From an uncultured cyanobacterium (lineage in GTDB: Bacteria; Cyanobacteriota; Cyanobacteriia; Cyanobacteriales; CAWCAG01), in the NCBI GenBank assembly GCA_963793425.1, contig CAWCAG010000005.1, positions 2,016,001 through 2,080,000 of the forward strand: DNA of 64,000 nt. Reading direction: 5' to 3'. Below the pieces are notes generated by a model. The model ran no database searches. It saw nothing but the letters and a program-made list of their open reading frames with translations, and was not told the origin of the DNA. Each line of letters starts with the position of its first letter. Within the stretch, counting starts at the first letter, position 1. The translations under genes and the position numbers were made by a program. Positions 8,494-17,993 of this stretch are shown here, piece by piece.

Positions 8494-10734
8494 ATGCGAA
8501 TTTTACTGATTGAAGACGATGAAATTCTTATTCAAGTGCTGGTTAAATCTCTTGAAAGTCAGCATTATACAGTGGATATAGCTGAAGATGGACAGTTAGG
8601 TTGGGAGTATGCCCAAGATGGTCATTATGAACTGATTTTGATTGATGTTGGTTTACCAAGGTTAGATGGTGTTACTTTGTGTCAGCGTTTGCGTAGTGAA
8701 GGCTGTGCTATCCCTATTTTACTTATTACTGCTCAAGATGCTAGCGCTGATCGCATTAAGGGGCTTGATGCAGGCGCTGATGATTATTTAACAAAACCCC
8801 TCGATTTAGGAGAGTTGCAAGCTAGGGTTAGGGCTTTGTTACGGCGGGGAGAGGTTGCTTTTACTCCAGTTTTAGAGATGGGAGAATTAGTTCTTGACCC
8901 CAACAGCTATCAAGTACATTATAGAGAACAACCCTTAAAATTAACCCCCAAGGAATATAGTTTACTGGAACTTTTATTAAGAAATCCGGCACGGGTATTT
9001 AGTCGGGGGCAAATTATTGAACGCCTTTGGAATTATGATGATCCGCCCCTCGAAGAAAGCGTTAAGGCCCACGTTAAGGGGTTGCGACGTAAGTTGAAAA
9101 AAGTGGGTGTTGCAGATTGGATCGAGAATGTTTATGGTATTGGTTATCGCCTCAGTCCTAAACTGGCCCAGGAAGGAGAAAAAGCTGAAAATGCTTCTGT
9201 ACAACAGAGGTTTGATGAGGCAATGGCTCAGATGTGGCAGCAATATCGAGGCTTGATGACTGAACGGTTGGAGGCATTGCAAGAAGCTGCTGCTGCGATA
9301 CAGCAAGGTCAAGCTTCTTCGGAATTAAACTATTCGGCACAAAAAGCGGCTCATAAATTAGCCGGAGTGCTGGGTATGTTCAATAAAGAAGCAGGGACGA
9401 AGGTTGCACGGCAAATTGAAGACTTGTTGCAGGATAAATCAGAGAAAGTGCCTCAGCGAGGAGAGCAGTTGTTAGCTTTAGTGCAGCAGTTAAGGGAAAT
9501 GCTAGAATTACCAGCTTCTTCTGCTACTTCCACAGCTAGGTTATTGTTGATTGAGGGCGATGAAGAATTAGGTTCTCAACTACAAGAATTAGCACAGTTG
9601 GTACAAAGCAGTTGGCATCAGGTTCCCAACTTAACCTCAGCAAGGGATTGGTTGAAAACTCAAGCACCGGATGTAGTGGTGTTGAGTGTAGCAGAATCTG
9701 GGGAATGGCAGGGAAGTTTCACAATCTTAAAAGATTTAGCTGCCCGCACACCCCCAATACCTGCCTTGGTTATAGCCTCAAATCCTGACTTGGTAGATAG
9801 AGTTAGTATAGCCCGTTGCGGTGGCAGCCGCGTTTTAGTTAAACCAACTACCGCGACTCAAATTTGGCAAGTTGTACAGCAACTGTTGCAAAGTTATCAA
9901 GATCAAGAAACGAAGATATTAGTAGTTGATGATGATCCTGCTTTCTTAGCTGCTTTGCAGACAATTTTGACCCCTTGGGGATTAAGGATAACAGGATTGC
10001 AAGAGCCGGAATCCTTTTGGGAAATACTCAATTCAGTAAAGCCGGATCTCTTAATTTTGGATGTAGAAATGCCGGAAATTAATGGTATTGAACTTTGCCA
10101 AGCAGTACGCACAGATCCCCAATGGCAAAATTTACCTATTTTATTCCTGACAGCACATCAAGACAGAGAAACAGTGCAACAGGTTTATAGTGCGGGGGCA
10201 GATGATTATATAACCAAACCGATTATTGGGCCAGAATTACTCACCAGAATTACTAACCGCTTAGAAAGAAACCGCATTTTGAAGAACTTTTCTGGTAAAG
10301 ATGCCTTGACCCGATTGGCTAATTATCCCTGTTCTCGTATTGATTTGGCAACTTTGCTGCAACAGCAACCCAGTTGTTTAGCTGTTTTAACTATAGCTGA
10401 ATTGCCAGAAATTAATCTTCGCTACGGACACCAAACCGGAAACCAAATTCTACAAAGTTGGGGGAGGTTGTTGCAAACTGCTTTTAGTGGTAAGGAAGTG
10501 GTGGGGTATTGGGGTTATGGAGAATTTGTGGTTGGTATTCCTGGTGTGAATAGCCAACAAGCGGGTGATCGCCTAGCAAGTCTTCTGACAACCCTCAGAC
10601 AGCAAGTCTTCACTGCCCCAGATGGTACAAGGTTTCAAGTTACTTGTAATTGGGCAATCGCCCAATCTCCTCGCCAAGGAACAACTATTCAATCTCTCTA
10701 TCAAGCTGCGATCGCATCTCAAGCTAGAAGCTAA
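8494..10734 (+). CDS. Multi-domain response regulator REC-wHTH-HPt-REC-REC with degenerate GGDEF (RcaC-like architecture)
   Basis: OmpR-like N-terminus (LTPKEYSLLELL, IENVYGIGYRL), HPt AHKLAGVLG, receiver ILVVDDD..LDVEMP..KP, GGDEF-like domain with YWGYGEF. Confidence 0.88.
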   Translation: MRILLIEDDEILIQVLVKSLESQHYTVDIAEDGQLGWEYAQDGHYELILIDVGLPRLDGVTLCQRLRSEGCAIPILLITAQDASADRIKGLDAGADDYLTKPLDLGELQARVRALLRRGEVAFTPVLEMGELVLDPNSYQVHYREQPLKLTPKEYSLLELLLRNPARVFSRGQIIERLWNYDDPPLEESVKAHVKGLRRKLKKVGVADWIENVYGIGYRLSPKLAQEGEKAENASVQQRFDEAMAQMWQQYRGLMTERLEALQEAAAAIQQGQASSELNYSAQKAAHKLAGVLGMFNKEAGTKVARQIEDLLQDKSEKVPQRGEQLLALVQQLREMLELPASSATSTARLLLIEGDEELGSQLQELAQLVQSSWHQVPNLTSARDWLKTQAPDVVVLSVAESGEWQGSFTILKDLAARTPPIPALVIASNPDLVDRVSIARCGGSRVLVKPTTATQIWQVVQQLLQSYQDQETKILVVDDDPAFLAALQTILTPWGLRITGLQEPESFWEILNSVKPDLLILDVEMPEINGIELCQAVRTDPQWQNLPILFLTAHQDRETVQQVYSAGADDYITKPIIGPELLTRITNRLERNRILKNFSGKDALTRLANYPCSRIDLATLLQQQPSCLAVLTIAELPEINLRYGHQTGNQILQSWGRLLQTAFSGKEVVGYWGYGEFVVGIPGVNSQQAGDRLASLLTTLRQQVFTAPDGTRFQVTCNWAIAQSPRQGTTIQSLYQAAIASQARS

Positions 10735-10785
10735 AATCTTTATATCAAAAGCTAATGGGATAAAGATGGAAAAGGAGTTGGCACT

Positions 10786-12750
10786 ATGTTAGACCATTTG
10801 TTAGACAACCGTTATCATGTCATCGAAATCTTAGGCTCTGGTGGATTTGGTAAAACCTATATAGCTGAAGACATCAAACGATTTGAGGCCAAATGTGTTG
10901 TCAAGCAACTCAAGCCCCAAGTACCTAGTCCAGAAATTTTAGAGGTGGCAAAACGCTTATTTGAAGCCGAAGCAAAGATATTAGGTCGTTTGGGTGACAA
11001 CCCGCAAATTCCAGCACTTTTAACCTACTTTAGCAATGAGCAAGAATTTTACTTGGTGCAAGAATTCATCGAAGGCCATGAGCTAACTCAAGAATTGACC
11101 TTTGGTAAGCAATGGAGTGAATCAGAGGTAATTTCCTTTTTGATTGATATTTTAACTCCCTTAGCTTTTGTTCATCAAAACCAAATAGTTCACAGAGATA
11201 TCAAACCTCCCAATCTGATTCGACGCAAGCAGGATAGCAAAATTGTCTTAATTGACTTTGGGGCGGTAAAGGAACTTTCTGCCACTCAAGTCCTCAATAC
11301 CCAAGGACAAACAAGAATTGGCACAATTATTGGTACTCCTGGTTATATGCCCAGTGAACAGGTTAGGGGAACTCCCAAATTTAGTAGCGATGTTTATGCG
11401 GTGGGCATTATTGCCATTCAAGCCTTAACCGGGAAAAGGCCCCCTAGTGAACGTGGTCTGCCTGAAGAACTACAAAAAGACCACAATAGGGAAATTATTT
11501 GGCGTGGTCAAGTGCAAGTCAGCCCTGGGTTAGCAGCGATTTTAGACAAGATGGTACGCTACAATTTCCGTCAACGCTATCATTCAGCAGTAGAGGCATT
11601 GCAGGCTGTGGAGAAGTTAGCAAATCAAGCTGTTGCTCCTACTGAACAAGCTAGCTCCCCCCATGAATTAACTTTACAATGGCTCGAAGCCTCTCAATTA
11701 AGAACTCAAACCATTAGAGACGGTCAAGCCACTAAAAATCCCGGCACTTTTCGTATAGGGCGCGATCGCAACAGGTGTGATCTTGTTTTATCTTCACCAA
11801 CGGTATCTGGTTTACATATAGAAATATATTTTAATCAACAACAGCAAAGCTTTTATTTAAGGAATCTACGGCCCACGAACCCCCCTGTGGTTAATGGACA
11901 ATCTCTAACAACTGGTGAGGTACTCTTGTTTCCAGGTAGTCGTTTGCAGTTGGGTCAACAGGAACTGATGGTAAAAAAGATTATTCCTCAACAGCAGCAG
12001 TATTTACAGGAACATATACCAACGCCACTTCCTCAACCAGCCTCTCCTCAACCTCCTCAACCTCCTCAACCTCCTCAACCAATTCAAACAGCCTCACCAT
12101 CCCCAGTTATTACTCCCAACTTTACTCAACAAACTCAACAAACTCAACAATCTCAACAAATCTCCCTCACTCCTTCTTCTCCCCGCAAATGGCCTTTGAT
12201 GATCGGGGGTGGTGTTATTTGTGTTCTAGCTGTGGGGATAGGGGCAATTTTAGCTAATCCCAATTTTATGGGAACAATCTTGAATGAACCAGAAGTCAAC
12301 AATGAACCAGAAATAACTCCGGAGGTAATTCCTAATCCAACTCCAGATGCCACTCCCAGTGTCATCCCTAATACCAATACACCAGAATCTAACTCAGAAA
12401 ATTCAACTGTTCCAGATATTAATATTACTCTGTACCTTGCAGACGACCAATGCCAAGATTTTGTCCCCACATCTGCTCAAGTTTCCTCAAAGCAACCAGC
12501 AACCGAGGCAGTAGGTAAGCTGCTAGATTCTCAAAGAATTAGCAACTTTCAGGTAGAAACTCATCAGGTTAATATTAACGAACAAGGACTAGCCACTGTT
12601 GATCTACGTTTGGCTAGCAATTCAAGAACTATTGTTTCTTTGGCCTCCTGTGAAAGTTTTATTCTCTTCAATCCAATTACCAAAACTTTAACTAGCAACT
12701 TTGAGAGTATCAAAGATGTTACCTTTTTAATTAACGGGAAACCGTATTAG
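10786..12750 (+). CDS. Ser/Thr protein kinase with FHA domain, Pro/Gln linker, TM helix and GerMN-like C-terminal domain
   Basis: LGSGGFG, VVK, HRDIKPPN, DFG, GTPGYMPSE; FHA IGRD...VSGLH...TN; TM WPLMIGGGVICVLAVGIGAIL; LYLADDQC...ATVDL...SLASCE...ITKTLT. Confidence 0.9.
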   Translation: MLDHLLDNRYHVIEILGSGGFGKTYIAEDIKRFEAKCVVKQLKPQVPSPEILEVAKRLFEAEAKILGRLGDNPQIPALLTYFSNEQEFYLVQEFIEGHELTQELTFGKQWSESEVISFLIDILTPLAFVHQNQIVHRDIKPPNLIRRKQDSKIVLIDFGAVKELSATQVLNTQGQTRIGTIIGTPGYMPSEQVRGTPKFSSDVYAVGIIAIQALTGKRPPSERGLPEELQKDHNREIIWRGQVQVSPGLAAILDKMVRYNFRQRYHSAVEALQAVEKLANQAVAPTEQASSPHELTLQWLEASQLRTQTIRDGQATKNPGTFRIGRDRNRCDLVLSSPTVSGLHIEIYFNQQQQSFYLRNLRPTNPPVVNGQSLTTGEVLLFPGSRLQLGQQELMVKKIIPQQQQYLQEHIPTPLPQPASPQPPQPPQPPQPIQTASPSPVITPNFTQQTQQTQQSQQISLTPSSPRKWPLMIGGGVICVLAVGIGAILANPNFMGTILNEPEVNNEPEITPEVIPNPTPDATPSVIPNTNTPESNSENSTVPDINITLYLADDQCQDFVPTSAQVSSKQPATEAVGKLLDSQRISNFQVETHQVNINEQGLATVDLRLASNSRTIVSLASCESFILFNPITKTLTSNFESIKDVTFLINGKPY

Positions 12751-12837
12751 GAGTATGTCATGGATAAATCCCTCTAGGCAAATTCTTTTCCCTAAGCTAG
12801 GATGTGCCAGAACTGTTTTGTTTAGGAGTTAAACCAA

Positions 12838-14313
12838 GTGTCCTATGTCAACGGTACAATGATGCAGTTCTTTCACTGGTATTACCCCAGTGATGGCACT
12901 CTCTGGACTGAAGTTAAGCAAAAAGCAACTGAACTCGCCCAAGCCGGAGTTACTGCCCTTTGGCTGCCTCCTGCTTATAAAGGAGGTAGTGGGGGCTATG
13001 ATACGGGTTATGGGGTGTATGATCTCTTTGACTTAGGAGAGTTTGACCAAAAAGGGACAATTCGTACAAAATACGGCACTAAAGAAGAATTTTTAACTGC
13101 GGTTAAAGCGGCGCAACAAGCAGGTGTGCAAATTTATGCAGACATCGTTTTAAACCACAAAGATAGTGCTGATGAAACAGAAGAAGTTTATGCCACAGCT
13201 TATTACGAAAATAATCGTAACTACAGAGTAATGTCTGATGGCAAATTAGAAAAAATTCAGGCTTATACCAAGTTCACTTTTCCTGGTCGCGGTGATAAAT
13301 ATTCCAGCATGAAATGGCATTGGTGGCACTTTGATTCTGTGGTTTATAATAATTGGCGACCGGGAGAATATCCCTCAAAGATTTACTTATTTGAAGGGAA
13401 AGGTCATGATGATTTTGTTAACTTAGAAAAAGGTAACTATGACTTTCTCTTGGGTTGCGACTTGGATATGCAAAATGACCAAGTAAGGAAAGAATTAGAT
13501 TATTGGGGTGAATGGTTTTTAGAAACCACCGGAGTAGATGGTTTTCGCCTTGATGCTGTTAAACATATTCCTGCTTGGTTTTATGAGCAATGGTTAACCA
13601 AAATGCGAAACCATGCTCAGAAAGAACTTTTTAGTGTAGGGGAATATTGGGAAAATAATCTTGGTTCTTTGCTTAATTATCTTGATTTTACCGACGGCAA
13701 AATGTCTTTGGTGGATGTTCCTTTACATTACAACTTTCACTTTGCTAGTAAGGTAGGTGGTTCCTATGATTTACGCCGCATTCTTGATAATACCTTGATG
13801 CAAACGAAGCCAGAATTAGCAGTTACTTTTGTAGAAAATCATGATTCTCAACCCCTACAATCTTTGGAGTCTGTAGTTGAATCCTGGTTTAAGCCCCTCG
13901 CTTATGCTTTGATCTTGTTACGAAAAGAAGGCTATCCTTGTCTTTTTTATGCTGATTATTATGGCGCACATTACAAAGATAAAGGTTATGAAATTTGGTT
14001 AGATTCCCATCGCTTTTTAATTGATAAGTTTCTCCACGCCAGACAAAATTATGCTTACGGGGAACAATATGACTATTTTGATCATTGGGATATTATTGGT
14101 TGGACTCGTTTAGGAAATGGAGAACATCCCCAAGCTATGGCAGTAATTATGAGTAATGGTGCTGGGGGTTCAAAGTGGATGGAAGTAGGCAAACCAAACA
14201 CAGAATTTTATGATTTAACGGAACATATTTCTGAACCTATTAAAACTAATGAACATGGTTGGGGAGAGTTTCGTTGCAACGGAGGTTCGGTTTCAGTATG
14301 GGTACAACGTTAA
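12838..14313 (+). CDS. amyA: Cytoplasmic alpha-amylase (GH13)
   Basis: NGTMMQFFHWY, DIVLNH, DGFRLDAVKH, GEYW, FVENHD; no signal peptide; GGAG RBS before GTG. Confidence 0.93.
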   Translation: MSYVNGTMMQFFHWYYPSDGTLWTEVKQKATELAQAGVTALWLPPAYKGGSGGYDTGYGVYDLFDLGEFDQKGTIRTKYGTKEEFLTAVKAAQQAGVQIYADIVLNHKDSADETEEVYATAYYENNRNYRVMSDGKLEKIQAYTKFTFPGRGDKYSSMKWHWWHFDSVVYNNWRPGEYPSKIYLFEGKGHDDFVNLEKGNYDFLLGCDLDMQNDQVRKELDYWGEWFLETTGVDGFRLDAVKHIPAWFYEQWLTKMRNHAQKELFSVGEYWENNLGSLLNYLDFTDGKMSLVDVPLHYNFHFASKVGGSYDLRRILDNTLMQTKPELAVTFVENHDSQPLQSLESVVESWFKPLAYALILLRKEGYPCLFYADYYGAHYKDKGYEIWLDSHRFLIDKFLHARQNYAYGEQYDYFDHWDIIGWTRLGNGEHPQAMAVIMSNGAGGSKWMEVGKPNTEFYDLTEHISEPIKTNEHGWGEFRCNGGSVSVWVQR

Positions 14314-14319
14314 AAGCAA

Positions 14320-15090
14320 TTAAGCAGCTTTGAAGAAACGAATAATTTCTCGCACATGATTGAGAACTTGACTATCTTCAGTTAGTTGGGCGATCGCACT
14401 TTGAGATTCCCTTAAAAGGCGTTGATGCTCGACTTCGTTACGGGCTTCTAATTGTTCTAATGTTGCCCTTAATTTGTTTAAGTTGTGGCGATTTTCTTGG
14501 GTATCACTTTTGATTTGAGAGAGAGGAGAGTTAGCTTGTTTGAGGTCAGTTTTGCTGGTTAAGTTTCTGATTTGTTCTTCTATAATTGTGAAGCGTTGAC
14601 GTAGTTCTAAAACATCTTCTCTAGGATATTTTATTTCTCTACGAATCATAGCCAATCTTGCTGCTAAGTATTGATATCCCCGTATAGCAGGGCGCAAGGC
14701 TGTTAACAATAAAGTAGCTACTGAACTAACATAACCAACCACACTTATTCCTGCTGCGGCAAGAATATAAAGTGTCACAGCGGAAAGAAAATGAAGGGCG
14801 ATCGCAACTATTAATGACCAACGAACCAGCTTTTTTACATAGCTGGTTTTTTGAGGTTCTACGGTTAAACCTTTTTCCTGGGAAGTATTGGCTTCTACTA
14901 ATACTTCCCTCGCTTCAAAATAGATGTTCCAAGGTATAGTAGCAATCGCAATCAGCCACCAAAAACTCGCAATCCCAATCAACCAATCTGCTAAGTTTCC
15001 CGCCGGAATATGTAACCATTGTAAAATACCAAAAACACATAAAACCAAGAATCCTAAACCAAAGCTATAACCGAAATAAGGGATAAACAT
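14320..15090 (-). CDS. Hypothetical membrane protein (about 4 TM plus C-terminal coiled coil)
   Basis: 256-aa ORF with hydrophobic N-half and charged helical C-half. Confidence 0.75.
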   Translation of the reverse strand: MFIPYFGYSFGLGFLVLCVFGILQWLHIPAGNLADWLIGIASFWWLIAIATIPWNIYFEAREVLVEANTSQEKGLTVEPQKTSYVKKLVRWSLIVAIALHFLSAVTLYILAAAGISVVGYVSSVATLLLTALRPAIRGYQYLAARLAMIRREIKYPREDVLELRQRFTIIEEQIRNLTSKTDLKQANSPLSQIKSDTQENRHNLNKLRATLEQLEARNEVEHQRLLRESQSAIAQLTEDSQVLNHVREIIRFFKAA

Positions 15091-15338
15091 CTTTCTTATT
15101 TCCTTTTTCCTTAATGAAGCTGTTTTTTTTGATTGTGGATGATTAATTAGTTATTTTCTTAAAGGGATGTGATGATTTTTTAAGCTTCACATTCACAGTT
15201 GCAGAGAATTTTGTGGTACAATAGCTCTATCATAATGGGAGTGGTGGCTCTAATATTTAAACGCTAATATTCCCATTATGAAAATATTTTTTTATCATTA
15301 AAACAATACCATAAAATCAACCTTATTAACCTAATTTT

Positions 15339-15902
15339 TTAAATTAAATATTCATAAATTCCTAAAAAGACTAACAAAATTCCCGAAATAAGCTCCAACC
15401 TATGACCAGAATAATAAGTAGCAAATGCTTTGCCGAGAAATGCTCCTCCTCCTATCATTAAAAGGCTGGAAACAAAACTTAAACAACTAGTTAAGACTAA
15501 ATTTAATTGAGCAATTCCTGCCCCTATTCCTGTACCTAAGTTAGTAATAGTTAAAGCCAATCCTAATATAGTCGCTTCTTGCCAAGTCATATTTTTGTTA
15601 GCAACATCATCAGAAAGAGTTTCCTGGTTTAACTGTTGCTTCACAATTTTGCCAATAGTAACTAAACCAATCAAAATTAAAATTCCACTACCAAGTTTAT
15701 GAGCTAAATTTGGTGCGAAGAAATGATTAATTACATCTCCTAAAGACATAGAGGCAAATGTGCTAATACCAGATAGGAAAGCAATGATCAGGTTACCCAC
15801 AAGGCCAACATTTAGTTTTTTGATGCCATAAGCTGTACCAACAGCCAAATTATCTATATTAGTAGAAAGAGATAGTATGATTGAAGCTATAATTGTTTCC
15901 AT
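15339..15902 (-). CDS. YtaF/MntP-family membrane protein (putative Mn efflux)
   Basis: STNIDNLAVGTAYG and LALTITNLGTGIGAG; start placed at METIIA to avoid overlap with the divergent gene. Confidence 0.75.
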   Translation of the reverse strand: METIIASIILSLSTNIDNLAVGTAYGIKKLNVGLVGNLIIAFLSGISTFASMSLGDVINHFFAPNLAHKLGSGILILIGLVTIGKIVKQQLNQETLSDDVANKNMTWQEATILGLALTITNLGTGIGAGIAQLNLVLTSCLSFVSSLLMIGGGAFLGKAFATYYSGHRLELISGILLVFLGIYEYLI

Positions 15903-15946
15903 AAATTCTAAAATTCTTGGTGATTGATTACAATGTTTAATCATAA

Positions 15947-16510
15947 ATGACAAACGATTTTCCTAAGCTAGAAACTGAAAATTTGCAATTGAGAGAATTA
16001 CAACGTGATGATCTCCTAGCTATAAGAACAATCTTCAGTGATCCTCAAGTAACCAAATATCATGTTTATGAAACCACCACCGGACTAGAAAAGATTGATT
16101 TTATTATTCAATCTAGACTTGATGTTTGGTATCAAGGGCAGGGAATACCTTGGGTAATTATTAAAAAAGACGAGCAAAAAGTTATCGGTTGTTGCGCTTA
16201 TGTTTCTATAGACAACCAAAACCGTGAAAGTAGATTAGTTTACGAACTAGCTAGTCAATATTGGCGACAAGGCATTATGACAGAAGCTTTAACAGAAGTA
16301 ATTGATTTTGGTTTTAAATCCTTACAATTAAACCGCGTCGAAGCCTTTGTAATGACAGAAAATATAGCTTCTAGCAAACTATTGGAAAAGTTAGATTTTA
16401 GTTTAGAAGGTGTTTCGAGAGAAAAAGGTTTCTGGAAAGGAAAGTTTCACGATTTAAAGTTATTTTCTCTATTAGCCAAAGATTATCAACTCAAAAATAA
16501 AACACTATAA
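15947..16510 (+). CDS. GNAT acetyltransferase, RimJ/RimL family
   Basis: FPKLETENLQLR, YWRQGIMTEAL, ENIASSKLLEKLDF. Confidence 0.88.
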   Translation: MTNDFPKLETENLQLRELQRDDLLAIRTIFSDPQVTKYHVYETTTGLEKIDFIIQSRLDVWYQGQGIPWVIIKKDEQKVIGCCAYVSIDNQNRESRLVYELASQYWRQGIMTEALTEVIDFGFKSLQLNRVEAFVMTENIASSKLLEKLDFSLEGVSREKGFWKGKFHDLKLFSLLAKDYQLKNKTL

Positions 16511-16583
16511 TTCAATACCCCATCATACCAAATCCAGTTATGATATACTTTTTATAACTAGCTGAATATATTTCAGGAAAGAT

Positions 16584-16625
16584 TTATTACTTATTACTTA
16601 TTACTTATTACTTATTACTTATTAC
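16584..16625. repeat. Heptamer tandem repeat (TTATTAC)x6
   Basis: Six perfect copies abutting the stop codon at 16626. Confidence 0.95.
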
Positions 16626-17810
16626 TCACTCCTCCAGCCGCCTCTCCAAAGCATTTAGAGAATCACTAAACTGAGGTAAATCTACATTTCCTGACATCAT
16701 TGGCAACTTACCAAACTTCTCCGCAGCCCATTTCGCCGTTTCTTGTACTTCAGGATCAGGATCATCACAAGCCATTTGTAAAAGCCGATTTACTTGGTTA
16801 ACCATGTCATAAACTTTAGTTAAATCCCGGATGGCATTTTTGCGTACTTCAGGATTATCATCCTGCAAAGACATGGCTAAAGCCCGATTAACTGGTTTGA
16901 GGGTACGGATGCTAATTTGGGAAAGGGCTTCTAAAATTAAACTACACTGCTGAGAATCAGAATCAATAATTAAATTAGATAAAGGTTTAACCGCCCTAGA
17001 ATCACCTTTTTGGGCTAACTCCCAAATTGCTTGGCGGCGCTTAATCCTGTCGGATTCTTGCAAATCTTTGATTAATTCTTCAATACGATCTACCTTCGCT
17101 AAAGGAGATGATGTTCTTACTTGTAAAGCTTTTTGAGGTGCTGGATTTGGTATGGAATGATTTTCAGCGTTGCCATTACTGCTAGGTAATTCATGATTTT
17201 CCTGGGAGAGAAATTCTTCAGATTCTTCATCTGTTTCTTCTTCCCAATCTTCTTGAGAAGCCTTCTTAAAGCGAAGTAGCATCAAAACCCCCCCTGCTAA
17301 AGCCCCTAAAATTGCTAAGGCAGCAACAATTGTGAGTAACGATTTTCTGCTAAATCTACTTGGTGGGGGGGATTTCTCTGGCTGAGCATCTTTTTTGTCC
17401 CCAGTCTTCTTTTCTGCGATCGCTTCCCCAATTAGCTTCTGAGTAATTCCCCCAGCAACACCGTCATCTTTCAAGCCTTGCCCATCTTGAAACTTAGCAA
17501 CGGCTTGCTTGGTTTTGAGGTTATATTCTCCATCGGGTTCTGTTTCAAGATAACCTAGTTCTTGCAGTTGATTTTGCAGGTTTTTAACCTCTTCTCCCTT
17601 ATCCCCTAATTGTAAAAGTTCTGGTTTTGCTTCTTTCTCTTCTTCTTCTGTGGCTTGGGCTTGAATGAATGTATTTTGAGATACTTTCCCTTCTGTTTGT
17701 AGTGAACTTGCCAAAACCAATTCTGGTTTTAGACTATAAATGTTGCTAGAAAAGAAACCGAAACAAGTAACCCAAGTAGCAATTAATAAAGGGAAACGAT
17801 AGCGAATCAT
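16626..17810 (-). CDS. Peptidoglycan-binding domain + TM + HEAT-repeat protein
   Basis: LQLGDKGEEVKNLQNQLQELGY...AVAKFQ...DGVAG; TM LLTIVAALAILGALAGGVLMLL; HEAT repeats RRQAIWELA and LQDDNPEVRKNAI. Confidence 0.85.
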   Translation of the reverse strand: MIRYRFPLLIATWVTCFGFFSSNIYSLKPELVLASSLQTEGKVSQNTFIQAQATEEEEKEAKPELLQLGDKGEEVKNLQNQLQELGYLETEPDGEYNLKTKQAVAKFQDGQGLKDDGVAGGITQKLIGEAIAEKKTGDKKDAQPEKSPPPSRFSRKSLLTIVAALAILGALAGGVLMLLRFKKASQEDWEEETDEESEEFLSQENHELPSSNGNAENHSIPNPAPQKALQVRTSSPLAKVDRIEELIKDLQESDRIKRRQAIWELAQKGDSRAVKPLSNLIIDSDSQQCSLILEALSQISIRTLKPVNRALAMSLQDDNPEVRKNAIRDLTKVYDMVNQVNRLLQMACDDPDPEVQETAKWAAEKFGKLPMMSGNVDLPQFSDSLNALERRLEE

Positions 17811-17952
17811 AAACTCTCCGGCTGAAGTTGTGAGCCAGCTTTTTTTGGTGATGTGTACTAACAGTTATTAGCGCACCCATTTTAGATTACCCACCACTGT
17901 AACTCTTAGTCCTACTTAATTGAACATTAAACATTAAACATTAAACATTTAT

Positions 17953-17987
17953 CATTATTGGCGCTAGCCTTGCACCCTGGCTACATT
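17953..17987. repeat. Small dispersed repeat A, copy 1, within AACATTA tandem repeats
   Basis: cattattggcgctagccttgcaccctggctacatt, identical to 26062-26096. Confidence 0.9.
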
Positions 17988-17993
17988 AAACAT

